Shown: positions 40,522-51,269 of the stretch, piece by piece
How positions within the stretch are numbered: position 1 is the first letter of the stretch
How the letters are laid out: each line of letters opens with the position of its first letter
Origin: an uncultured virus (IMG/VR IMGVR_UViG_3300011258_000929)
Taxonomy: Duplodnaviria; Heunggongvirae; Uroviricota; Caudoviricetes
DNA: 64,000 nucleotides
Strand: one strand, 5' to 3'
IMG/VR virus record: IMGVR_UViG_3300011258_000929
Translations under genes and position numbers: made by a program
Notes under the pieces: model-generated
Told to the model about the DNA's origin: nothing
Database searches by the model: none
The model's input: only the letters and a program-made list of their open reading frames with translations

Positions 40522-43075
40522 CTACATATAATATTTATTTCTAAACTCACTTCTAAGTTCCGCCTCTAATTTTTTGGCGGTATCGAGTTCAATGGCTTTT
40601 TTATGCTTAAGTGTAAGAAGTTCGTTTTTTTCTTTTTCATACTGTCTTAGTGTTTTTTCAAAGTCGCCTTTATACAAATCAACATTTTCAATGAGTCGAA
40701 CTATTATGTTATTCAATATGCTTTTTTGTTCATCCGGCATAGGTTCGTCTTTAGTAGTTACAACCTTGCCATTAACCACTATGCTAGTAAAGATATTCTC
40801 TTCAACCATTTCCTTATTCTGTTTTAATAACTCTTCTATATAATCCAAAGTAGAATAGAACTCCGAGTTATAGTACACTTCATCAATTTTTTCCGATATT
40901 AAGGAAACTGACTCAACACTTGCCTTAATGGGTGAGTAGGAACTTAAACTTACATAATTTTGTTTAAAGAACACCTCCTCTATTTTTTCATTAAACTTGT
41001 TTTTTGAATTGTTTGCAAAAGGAAGACCAATACTTTCTATTCCAAATCTATAGAATCCGTCCATTATTTCGTTATCATGAAGCCCGCTAACAAACTCTAA
41101 AAGGTAAGGGTATTCACTCAATCCCCTATATTCTTCCTCTAATTTTTTAGAATTTTTTTCCGCTTCTTGTAATATAAGCAATGCTCGACCTTTTGGGTTT
41201 CTAGCCATTGATTCTTTCTTTTGTCGTTCTTCGTCTTCTTTTTCTTTCTTTTGGTCTTCCTTTTCTTTTTGCCTTTCAGCCCAAGGCTTACCATAATATC
41301 TACTCATATCGGGCTTTTCATCGTCCCATCTCTTTCTTTTAATGATATTTTCCCAACTCATTGTAATCTCTCCTTTAATCTAATACAAAATGTAAATGTC
41401 CTGTTTTCTTATCATAGTCATCAAGTTTAAGGGTGAGATTATTATTGTTTTCATAGTCGGTATTGATGTCTTCATTTTTAAAGTAAATCCTAAACTCCCA
41501 AGTAAAATCGTCTTTAACCATATCATCGTTAATCCAAAATTTAATTTTTCCTTTACTATTATCCTTTACCTCAATGAGAGAAACCCTTTGTAAATTGATT
41601 TGTATATCATACTTAAAATCATCTAAATTTAAGTCAAAGTCATCTCCTTTTTTTCCACCTAAAGATATACCTATTTCTTCTATAATGTCTTTTTCTGTTG
41701 TCTTTCTTATTTCTTCTTTCCAACTCATTGTAATCTCTCCTGTATCAAAAGCCTCGGAATTTATTTTCTCTCATAAATTGACTACCACTTATAGGCGCAC
41801 CAAACTTCGGGTCTAGGTTCATTATCATAGCAAAAACAGATTTGTCCACGCCTTCTCTACCCGCTAGAATAGTTCCATTTTTGTAGTTCTTATGTGTCAA
41901 ATTATTATCATCGTAAATTCTTTTCAAATCCGAAACTACCATATCCCAAAATTTGACTCCTTCATCAGTAGTCCAATCCGCCACATTAGCGTTTTGTGCA
42001 TGGTCTTTTTCAATATACCAAAGTAGTCCACCCTTCTTTTGTTTTCTTCTCACCAAACTCTCAATTTCTTTAGGATTTTGATAGGAATATGAATCATCAT
42101 ACATTTCATCGGGTATATCTTCTATTGGTCTTAATTTCAATATATTATGCCAACTCATTGTAATCTCTCCTTCATTTTCTGTATATTAATTCCAAAGTAT
42201 TTGTTTAGCATAAAATACATATGTTCTTTGGCTTTTTTTATCTCTCTATCATAAAGCGACATGGCAGTATCTCTTTCTCCATCAATTAATTTTAATGCTG
42301 ATTCTATAATTTTGTCATCATCAACTTGCTTTTTGTCTTTGTCATCAATATTGCGGTTTATATCATCATAATCTTCCTCATGGGGAACACCTTCAATTCC
42401 CCTACCCGAAGTGCTACCATATTCTTCATCTTGTGTTAGAGTGTATGTTTTCTTAGTGGGTTTAGCAGTAAATACTTTAGGTTGGCCTTTGTCTTTGAAT
42501 CCATATTCAGTGTCAGCAAAGCGTGGCATTTGCCCGATTTCACTACCAAAAAATGAGTAGTCCACCGCTTCGTCAAAACTATAAGTCCAATACTTAGTAG
42601 TTTCATTGCCTTGAACTCCTTGAAATAATTCAGTATATGGTGCTACAAACTTTTGGTTTGAATATCCACCTTGCATAGTTTTATCGGGCATTTTGAATCT
42701 TTGTTCAATTTCATATGGTTTTTTAAGGATAGATTGCCAACTCATTGTAGCCTCTCCTGTATTTTAATCGAATAAGTTGTCGTCATTCTCTTCTAAATCA
42801 TTGCCTATTGGTTTAACATAAACCTCATATTCCATTGCGCCCATTTCAGCCTTTATGAATTTTAAGTAAGAAAGTAATTCTTTTCTAGTTCTAAAACCTG
42901 TATCATAAGACTCTACATCTCTTTCTTGAGATACGACATACAATTTCCATCCACCGTTTGATTTTATGTCTAGGGTTTCTATGGCAATAATCATATCGTG
43001 AATATTTTTCAATTCGTTCAAATCTCTTACCACTCTATCAATGTATGTTGATTTTAATATTTTTTTCCAATTCAT
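40522..43075 (-). CDS. Array of five W-tag genes (40522-41361, 41375-41728, 41745-42158, 42155-42745, 42764-43075)
   Basis: Starts MSWENIIK, MSWKEEIRK, MSWHNILK, MSWQSILK, MNWKKILK; unrelated bodies. Confidence 0.65.
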
Positions 43076-43088
43076 TGTAATCTCTCCT
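41353..43088 (-). repeat. Five direct repeats AGGAGAGATTACAATGAGTTGG (SD + start)
   Basis: Copies at 41353-41374, 41720-41741, 42150-42171, 42737-42758, 43067-43088 with 0-2 mismatches. Confidence 0.9.
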
Positions 43089-43725
43089 GCATTTTCTTCT
43101 TTACATCAAGCCAAACTTCGGGGTGTCCTTGTGCTAAAACTTCTTGAACAACTTGCATCTGTGCAACAATAATAGTGTCTTGTCGCTTATGCACTAATTT
43201 ACCCTTAAACTCCATCATGTATTTTAATGACTCCCTAATTTCTCTAGCCAACTTAACTAAAGCATCGAGTTCCTTAGCATCCAAATCATCTCTAGATGCT
43301 ATCTCGGTAATTTTAGTATCAAGTAGGCCAATGTTTCCGGCCAACATATCCACCTCATTCAACTCTTTCTTAGCAATTATATTTGCCGCCGACTGTTGAA
43401 CAATAGGTTGTAGATGGTGCTTAACATGACGATGAACCTGTGTCTTAGTAATTCCAAGACCTTCACTTACTTCTTCCGCAGTAATCAAACCCTCATGTAA
43501 TTGACGCTCATACTCGGCCCTGTGTGGGTCTATGCAAATAGCACATTTAGGATTACTACTATTGACATATTCTCCCATGTGGTTTCTTTGGTGCTGTGCT
43601 GATGTTCCACTACGCCAACCCATTTGCTCATCTAAAGCATCACATGAAATCTCCATGTCTTCTATTTGTCTTTCCAACTCATCAACATTCTCATGTTGGC
43701 AAAACAAACAACTTCTTCTACGCAT
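43072..43725 (-). CDS. Tandem Zn-binding HTH protein, possible terminase small subunit
   Basis: Two CxxC-x-H...H-x3-H repeats plus helical C-terminus; upstream of terL. Confidence 0.5.
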   Translation of the reverse strand: MRRRSCLFCQHENVDELERQIEDMEISCDALDEQMGWRSGTSAQHQRNHMGEYVNSSNPKCAICIDPHRAEYERQLHEGLITAEEVSEGLGITKTQVHRHVKHHLQPIVQQSAANIIAKKELNEVDMLAGNIGLLDTKITEIASRDDLDAKELDALVKLAREIRESLKYMMEFKGKLVHKRQDTIIVAQMQVVQEVLAQGHPEVWLDVKKKMQERLQ

Positions 43726-43726
43726 A

Positions 43727-44731
43727 TTAATTCACCAACAAATCTCGCCATGACTTAGTAATAGTTCTTGTTTTGACACTCATATTCGATTTCATATAAT
43801 ATTGCATCAAAGTCTTAGCCTTAGCAGGGGTTAATACAATACTAAAACTAGTAATGTTACCAACAACTCCCTGCATATTCGCATAACGCTTCAACATATT
43901 TACTGCTTTTTGATTACCACCGACTTCAAAAGAACGACCGCTTAGTTTAGAAGCAACCTTAGAAGCACTCACTCCACCTTCGCTTTTCGATGTGGATATT
44001 GCCTTACCTAATGCCTGTCTAAAAGAAGTTATTTCAGTTAAGTACTTAGCAGGTTTAGAAGTAGTAATCTCAATAGAATAATCCCTATTGTCTATCTCTT
44101 CTACTGCCTTCTCCATAATTTCAAGAAGACCAACAGTAACCAAGTCCCCTCCAAACAACGCTTGATAAATCGGAGGGGTAGCAGTGTCTTTTTTACTATT
44201 ATACCAACTTGGGTCACTTGTCCTGCCGTTCAATTTGTTTTTATGCTTGGCCTTAAAGTACTCATCCAAATAATGCCCGTAAATTTTTACTTTCTTAGTT
44301 CCTTTAGGATATGCACCTGTTTTTTTATTGAATCTAGCAGGTCTATTAAACATAATATTTTGAGGGTTTAAGGAAGGATGGTCTTTCAAATCCTCTATGT
44401 CGTTAATGGCCGTCTCTAGTAATTCAGCATCCTCTTCAAAATAAATGCCATCTCTTCTCTTGAGAATAAGAGCATCAATTTTATCCAATTCAATATAAGC
44501 ACCAGTTTGACCCTTATTAGGGGATTTGGGCCTAGCAATAGGAGGAGGCTTTACATGGTTCGTAAGAGCAGTCCATAAACTACCTCTTAGAACTCCAATA
44601 GCACCACCCTTTAAACTACGAACTGTTCTTTTCCATTCTACATAGTCATTATAGAAAGAAATAGGAACGCCCGAATCCTCTAAAATAGCGTCTCCAACTT
44701 TTTGTGTCTTCTTCGTTACTTTCTTTGGCAT
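43727..44731 (-). CDS. Basic hypothetical protein ending ITKSWRDLLVN
   Basis: ORF; C-terminal W motif. Confidence 0.5.
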   Translation of the reverse strand: MPKKVTKKTQKVGDAILEDSGVPISFYNDYVEWKRTVRSLKGGAIGVLRGSLWTALTNHVKPPPIARPKSPNKGQTGAYIELDKIDALILKRRDGIYFEEDAELLETAINDIEDLKDHPSLNPQNIMFNRPARFNKKTGAYPKGTKKVKIYGHYLDEYFKAKHKNKLNGRTSDPSWYNSKKDTATPPIYQALFGGDLVTVGLLEIMEKAVEEIDNRDYSIEITTSKPAKYLTEITSFRQALGKAISTSKSEGGVSASKVASKLSGRSFEVGGNQKAVNMLKRYANMQGVVGNITSFSIVLTPAKAKTLMQYYMKSNMSVKTRTITKSWRDLLVN

Positions 44732-47472
44732 TTCTTACACCTCTTTTTCTTTTTACCATATCTAGGTTTGAATAAATGTGAATGAGCAGGTGCGCTAGTA
44801 GTAACTGCCCCTGCTACCTTTTCGACGGATTCTATATTAGAACCTTCCTGTTTACAATCGCAACTATCCTTCAGTATGTCTTGCCAACTCATCTCAAATC
44901 ACCGGATAACGATACATGGGCTTCTTAGACATCTCAAAATAAGTATCTTCATCCATAATGTCCTCTACTTGACTATATTCTGTAACTTTGTCGCCACTTT
45001 TTGATGCAATCGCCTCAACTTTTACCGCCGACTTAGCATCCAAGGGATTCAAAAGAGTAATTCTTGGTTTTCCTCTTGTATATTCATCTCGCTCTCTTCT
45101 CAATTCCATAAAAAGACCTTTTCCTTTGCCAATTTCATAAATAAAACTGTTTCCTACGAAAAAAAACTCGCCCATGTCCTTGTAAGAAGTAAAACCTTCA
45201 ATTTCACCGGACTCATTTACCTCCGCAATCAAATTTAGAGGCGTGACTATCGAAGGATAGCCCTTTTCAACCGCAGTTTTGAACTTTTCAACTTTTTCAG
45301 CCACTTGAGCCTCGGTCAAAACCTCAATTTCCTTAATAATGTCCCACCAATTCAAGGTTTTCACAACCTTTTTTGATAAACAACATTAGCATCATTAATA
45401 TTTGACCGTTTTTTCTTAACCCAAGTAGAATTATCTAGGTATTTTCTTAAATGTGCTGACTTTAATGACTTAACACCTCGACTTTCAAGAGATTTTTTTA
45501 TAGAACTAAAAGTAAATTCCGTTCCGCTGTCTAAAACTTCGTGCAATTTGCGAACAATGGACTGTCTAAGCCCAATATTTGTCAAATCGTCTCGCCATGA
45601 CATAATCAAGCCCCTTCTATTTTCTCCATAAGAGCAAACATCAAATCCTGTATTAGTTTACTCCTATTATCATGTGACTTTTTAAGATTTTCAACTTCAA
45701 TCAAACTCAATTCTTCACCATTAGCAAACTTTCTAATAGCCTCATCAATCATTTTTAGAGTCTCAATTTGAAAACCAAGTGCATCAATAGCCTTTTGGCT
45801 TTCTGCAATGTTTTCTAGTTTGATAATGTCCCGCCAAGTCATTTCTTCACTTCTCTAATGTTTCTAAAATCCCTACTGTTCATAATAATCACTCCTTAAT
45901 ACTTCTTAAGTCAAAATCGGGATACGCCATATTAAACTCACCTTCTAAATCCTCGGATAATTTCAATAAGCGGGTTTCACCTGTTTCATGGTGCAGTTCT
46001 CTAATAAGAGCAATAGCGAGTTCTAAAGATTCTAGGGCTTGTTTAGCCATTTTAGGGTGTTCCGAAATAATGTCATCCATCGTTTTCTCTTTATAAGAAT
46101 CCTTTCTCTTTTTAGCCGCTTCTACCATCCGAGGACTAATATTCATAAAATCAGTTTGGTTTGGGTCAAATATGTTTTTCTTAATCTCATCTTTCCATGT
46201 CATAATAATCCCTCTAATAATTCCCAGTTGCATCTCCACCTGCCGAATGGTAGGCCGCTTTACCGTAAGAAGACATATTAGCCTCATCCTCATCACTATA
46301 ATATTTGGTAGGTTCTATTTCCTTTACTTCTCTTTCTTCCGTAACCAATGTTATGCTTGTTAAGGCTTCTATTAAACGAACCAAAGAAAGTTTAGTAACA
46401 GACTCATCTAATTCACTCTTTAAACTATCCATACGGTCTAGTATTTCTTTAATCATATCTTCCTTACTATCGGCATAACTTTCTTCTTTCAAAATCTGCT
46501 TTAGTATATCTGTCCATTTCATGTTAATCAACTCGTTTTTCTCAAAAAAATGTGGCGGATTTTTTTTCACATCAATTTGTCTGTGAGGTCAAAAACTAGA
46601 GATTCTGCTTTATCCAAATGCCTCATGACTTCTTTCAAATCACTATTCTGTTTCTTTTCGGCTATTTTTACAGCAAACTCCAGCGCACTCTCAATCATTA
46701 CCTGTAATTTACCTAAGTTATCAAACCTAGATTTATTATCCGGCATCCCATATTCTTTCTTAATTTTTTCTTTCCAACTCATGTTAATTCCTCCAAATTT
46801 TTCCCGTCATTTTTTTTCAACCATCATTGTATGTTGGGGAATAACTATACCATTCCCTTCTATGTCTATCAAATTCAATACCCGACTTCTTTCCGTTCAA
46901 AAACTCTAAAAGTCTCTTAGATGCTTCGGAATGAGGCGAGTCATCATTTGCTCTCATGTCCTTTAAAAATTCTAAACTACGCTCTAAAGATTCAATCAAA
47001 TAATCAGCCATTTTATTAGCCTCTGCAACTTCTCTAGCCCTTTCTCTCTTATCACTAGATTCATCACTATCGTAATTCTCTCTTCTTTGGCGCAAATACT
47101 CTAAAGACTCTTCATCCAATTTACTATCTGCCTTTACTATATTTCTCCACATGCTAATTTCTCCAAAATTTTCCCGTCATTTTTTACTAGTTTCTACTCT
47201 TTACCGTGATATTCTAAAGCCTCTTTTTCAAGAGTCTTTATTTCTTTCACTAATGCCGAAAGTTTTTGCTCGATTCTTTCATATGTTTCGGGCGAAGACC
47301 ATGAACTAGCAGCCCGTAAAATATCCCTTGCATCATCAACTTCGCTAAAAATGTCTTTAACTATTTTTATTCTTTCATTTCCTTTAGATGGATTTACCAT
47401 AAATGGTTCTAATCCTGTATCGTCATCTGCGAAGGCTCTTCTTTCGTCTTTCTTAATTGTATTTTTCCACAT
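44716..47472 (-). CDS. Array of nine W-tag genes (44716-44892, 44894-45364, 45361-45603, 45606-45842, 45889-46203, 46214-46522, 46567-46782, 46817-47152, 47194-47472)
   Basis: Starts MSWQDILK (missed by ORF track), LNWWDIIK, MSWRDDL, MTWRDIIK, MTWKDEIKK, MKWTDILK, MSWKEKIKK, MWRNIVK, MWKNTIKK. Confidence 0.65.
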
Positions 47473-47500
47473 AAAATATCTCCAAAAATTTCCCGTAATT
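46780..47500 (-). repeat. Three upstream repeats A(T)GACGGGAAAA(A/T)TTTGGAG-N7-ATG
   Basis: Copies at about 46780-46817, 47150-47185, 47470-47500, each directly before a W-tag gene. Confidence 0.8.
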
Positions 47501-48054
47501 TATTTGTCACTATGCCAAACTTTTTTTTTAGTATTGATGTATTCCCAGTATAAAATTACTATTGTTAGTGTTATTAATTCTTTTTTTAGTATTAAAAGTC
47601 TTTTAATGTTTTATTATTAGTAGGAATAGTAATATTAGATAGTTTAACTTTGAGGTTCTGTAGTTGTTTTGATAGTAGTACTAGTGTTTCGTATTCGTTC
47701 TTTGGTAGTTTGCCGTCGTGTAATTTAGCCCGTCGAATAAAGTCCTCAATGTCTTCTTTGATTATGTTGAATATTCTTAGGACTTCGTGTGCGTTTTTCA
47801 TCCTAAACAAGTAGTGCTAAAGGGGTTTTACTTATATTGTTTTCTATAATTCTCCCACCTGCAAAATAGTATTTATAGACACTTTAACAGTAATTCTAGT
47901 AATAAGAATACTAGCCTAGCATTAGAGTAGTATAGCGTTTAGTCCTAAAAACAAATAAAAAAAATTGATACAAAGCCATATGGTTGTGTAAAATAAATCT
48001 AAGTAGGTAAGTAATACAAGCATATGGTATTACTTTGGATATGACCCCGAAGGT

Positions 48055-48088
48055 GGAGGGGGTAGTGGACTGAAACACCACCCCCTCC
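48055..48088. terminator. GC-rich hairpin after gene 48111-48443
   Basis: GGAGGGGGTAGTG / CACCACCCCCTCC stem. Confidence 0.45.
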
Positions 48089-48110
48089 TTTTTGTATTCT
48101 CTTTTGAGTA

Positions 48111-48443
48111 TTATTCGATTGTTATGAACTCCCCACCCCAAAGTTCACCGTTCAAATACCATTTGAATTTCTTTTGATATATTGAGACATTAGGCAAGCC
48201 GTTCAATCTCTCCATAGTTGTTCTTGAACCTGTTGGTGTATCACTATGATAGCGAGAGCCGTCCGGTTCATATCCTCCATTAGAGATAGACAGGCCGTTT
48301 TCTCCAAGAGTTGCAATAACATTACCGTGAAGAAGTAACTCTCTATAATTAGAGTGTGCGTATGTTTTCACTTGGGTATTGCCTCTTTTGAAGTCGTTTC
48401 CGTTTCTAAATGCTCTTATTGAGTCTATTGTTATTTGTCTCAT
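48111..48443 (-). CDS. Hypothetical protein (MRQITIDSIRAF...)
   Basis: GGAGGGG SD before ATG 48443. Confidence 0.55.
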   Translation of the reverse strand: MRQITIDSIRAFRNGNDFKRGNTQVKTYAHSNYRELLLHGNVIATLGENGLSISNGGYEPDGSRYHSDTPTGSRTTMERLNGLPNVSIYQKKFKWYLNGELWGGEFITIE

Positions 48444-49024
48444 TCTAACCCCTCCGTAATCTTTGTGTTTATTTGTTCGGTCATGTCGTTCAATAGAATC
48501 CACGCCTCTATGAGTCCTAAGCCGCTATCCGCTATCAATTTAAATATCTCTTGTTCAAGTTTATAGTGCTTCATTCTTATTCATCTCCTACCGTCTCCGG
48601 CATGCTTACACCCCTATATCTTCCTTATAGGGTTACATTCAAAGTTACAACCATATGGTATTACTTTGGCTATGTCCCTAAGTTTTTTGAAATTAGAGGG
48701 AGGTCGAACAGTGGTGGACTGAGAGGTATTTGGCTAATAGTGGTACTTATTTTTCGACCTTAAACCCTATGAACTAGTATTATCTAGGAGTAGTCTTTCT
48801 AATTTTCTTCATTATTGCTCTATTAAACATCGAACCTGTAACTTGTTCTCCCTCCCCCGTTTCTAAGGTTGCCTTAAGGTCTTTTGAACATAAGAACCTA
48901 ACTTTGAAGTCGGTTTCGTTCTAAGCCTTAGCGGGTTGAGTCGTTGTTTTTGTAGAAGGTGTTTCTTTCAGTGGTGGTTGTTCTTCTACTAAAAAATCCC
49001 AAATATCTCTATATGGGTTTGGGG

Positions 49025-49752
49025 TCACTCTTCTTCCTCAAGAGGAGAAGGGGAATCCTCTAATGCCACCACAACACTAGAGGATTCGGGTCGGAGCATC
49101 TCCTTGATGAAACTTAACATCTCATCAACTGATTCTCCAAAAATATTATACTGGGTATTATCTTCATTGGCGTTGTATTCTTCCTCGCCTAAATTGTAGT
49201 CTAGTGTTTCGTCACTCCATTGAGTTACATATCTACACATTAGTTCTACTTTTTCTTGTCTGTTTAGTTGTCTCCATGATTCATCGGACATTATTATTCC
49301 TCCGAATTGTCGCCATCTATCCATTTACCGTTTACATAAAAAAAACCACAATCGTTGAGTAAATCATGACAATCTCTTAATTTTGATAATAAATCAACTA
49401 TTTCTTTATGCAAAAGAACAACAGGGTTATTTTCACTCCCTGCCCAACCGCAACGGCCACAGGCATAATAGTCTTCATCAACTTCAGCGGCCATTCTACC
49501 ACAGCCTTCTCCTTGACATTGTATCTCTTTTATTTCTTCACTCATAAGTTATGCCACCTCTTCAAATCCACTAATTTGTCTCATTGTTATAGTCACATTG
49601 TTTTCAGTTGTAACAAGTCTTTGAAATGCGGGGTCATGTTTGGGGCAAAAGTAGTAGAACTTGTATAGTCCTTCTACTAACCTTAGTCCGAATATGTCTC
49701 CGCAGGAAAGACATTGTTTTTTGCTTGCTGTTGGTTTAGAATTATTATTCAT
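49025..49752 (-). CDS. Three small genes, two with CxxC Zn-ribbons
   Basis: ORFs 49025-49324, 49294-49545, 49549-49752. Confidence 0.5.
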
Positions 49753-49832
49753 GCACCTATCTCAGTATTAGGTTGATAGGGTTGCTCCAAAGTTACAACC
49801 ATATGGTATTACTTTGGCAATCTACCTTAAGG

Positions 49833-49864
49833 GCCGGAACGGATAATAAAAACCCGTTCCGGCG
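49833..49864. terminator. Hairpin after gene 49910-50404
   Basis: GCCGGAACGG / CCGTTCCGGC 10-bp stem. Confidence 0.45.
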
Positions 49865-49909
49865 ATATTAAAGGGCCGAGTAGTAGAGTGGCGGTATTCT
49901 AAGAGAGGC

Positions 49910-50404
49910 TCACTCTTCCGAGTCAGCCTCCTCGTTTGCATCAATGCCAATAGTAGCCATTTGGCCTACTGAACCATCGAATTGTTTGTTCTTGTATGCG
50001 TCAGTGTGCCACTTGACACATGATGAAACAAGAGTCTTGATTAAAGTCTCTTGAGTGTAGCGCAAAATACCACTCTTGTTCTTTTTAGGTCGGTAGATGT
50101 CTAGGACATCGGGACATGCTTCAAGTCCTGCGGTGATAAATGTGGTAAATGTCTTTTCAATGTGTGCAGTAGCGGCGGCTAGTGCAGGGTCAGCGTCTCG
50201 ACTACCGGACTTAGGAAGGTATTCACCATATCCAAAGCGGTTCGCTTGTTTTCGACAATATGTGTAGTTGTATGTTCGGTCTTTGTCGCTAATAGCGGGT
50301 TCTAAACAATCATCCACTGCGTCTTGAACTCGGTTATTTGGCTTCTCTTCTAGTGCTACAATAAGCGCACTCAATTTATTGTTAATCCTTTCTAAATTAC
50401 TCAT
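49910..50404 (-). CDS. Hypothetical early protein
   Basis: GGAG SD, MSNLERINNK start. Confidence 0.55.
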   Translation of the reverse strand: MSNLERINNKLSALIVALEEKPNNRVQDAVDDCLEPAISDKDRTYNYTYCRKQANRFGYGEYLPKSGSRDADPALAAATAHIEKTFTTFITAGLEACPDVLDIYRPKKNKSGILRYTQETLIKTLVSSCVKWHTDAYKNKQFDGSVGQMATIGIDANEEADSEE

Positions 50405-50592
50405 GTTTTTCTCTCCATTAGGTTTTGCCACTCTACTACTGCGACACCTATATTATGGGCTTGTCTCTATAGGGCATCTCCAAAGTCATTACCATATGGT
50501 TGTGAACTTTGGTATTTAAGACCCCAAGACCCCCTCCCAAAAGGGAAAGGGCCGAGGGTAGAAAGCCTTTTTTTGGGGAGTCATTGAAGGTT

Positions 50593-51171
50593 TTACTCTT
50601 CAACAACCTCCGGCACTGTTTCTTCATCATTTGAAGGTGTTAGGGTGGTGTAGTCTGTGTTTTTGTCGTATGGCGTAGCAGTTTCAAAACGGCCTGCGAG
50701 GTAGTCCTTGAGAGTGTCAAGGGTTAGTAAGGCGTTGGGGTTCTTTTGAGTTCGACGAACTGCGGCGAATCCTGCGTACATAGCCGAATCAGCGTAGTTG
50801 TCAAGTAGGTTTTGAACCTTCTCATCGACCATATTATGATACGCTTGCTTGTTTGGTGAAGCATTGATACCCCGTAGGCGAATAATCAAGCCTAGGTCAT
50901 GGGTGCTATTCAAGTGTGCAAGGTGAGCATAACACTTCAAGCGAGCCTTTTGGTCGGTTTCGTCCGTATCGTTACCGTTGGAGTCTTTGACTTTCGGTTG
51001 ATAGTCTCCGACTACATCATCAAGTGCATATTGGACTTGGCTTTTGATTCGTTCATCTTCAATACCTTTAACAATCTCTTCATGGTTTGGTACAATTCGG
51101 GCATTAAAATAGTCATCGTTGATTTCAACGACGACCTTCTCTTTCTTTTCTGTTTTCGTATTTTTTGGCAT
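50593..51171 (-). CDS. Hypothetical early protein
   Basis: AGGAG SD, MPKNTKTEKK start. Confidence 0.55.
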   Translation of the reverse strand: MPKNTKTEKKEKVVVEINDDYFNARIVPNHEEIVKGIEDERIKSQVQYALDDVVGDYQPKVKDSNGNDTDETDQKARLKCYAHLAHLNSTHDLGLIIRLRGINASPNKQAYHNMVDEKVQNLLDNYADSAMYAGFAAVRRTQKNPNALLTLDTLKDYLAGRFETATPYDKNTDYTTLTPSNDEETVPEVVEE

Positions 51172-51269
51172 ATTAATTTCTCCTTTGTCTTGGCTTTCTA
51201 CCCTTCGACACACATATTCAAGGATTGTCTTGATAAGGTCAATCCAAAGTGCAAAACCATAAATCAATA

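Larger units (their letters stand above)
47971..51260. promoter_or_regulatory. Repeated imperfect palindrome CCAAAGT-n5-CCATATGG-n4-ACTTTGG
   Basis: Full copies 48640-48669, 49787-49817, 50480-50512; partial 47971-47988, 48009-48038, 51244-51260; all intergenic or upstream of probable starts. Confidence 0.75.

Noticed and set aside
41353..43088. CRISPR array interpretation of the 22-bp repeats
   Set aside because: Spacers are 300-600 bp whole genes; repeats are SD/start junctions; no cas genes
119..47620. Many plus-strand ORFs in the track across the structural region
   Set aside because: Antisense shadows of long minus-strand genes; Ser/Leu/Phe-rich, no SD or motifs
47971..50512. Mini-CRISPR or transposon ends for the CCATATGG palindromes
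   Set aside because: Irregular spacing of hundreds of bp; no transposase or target duplications
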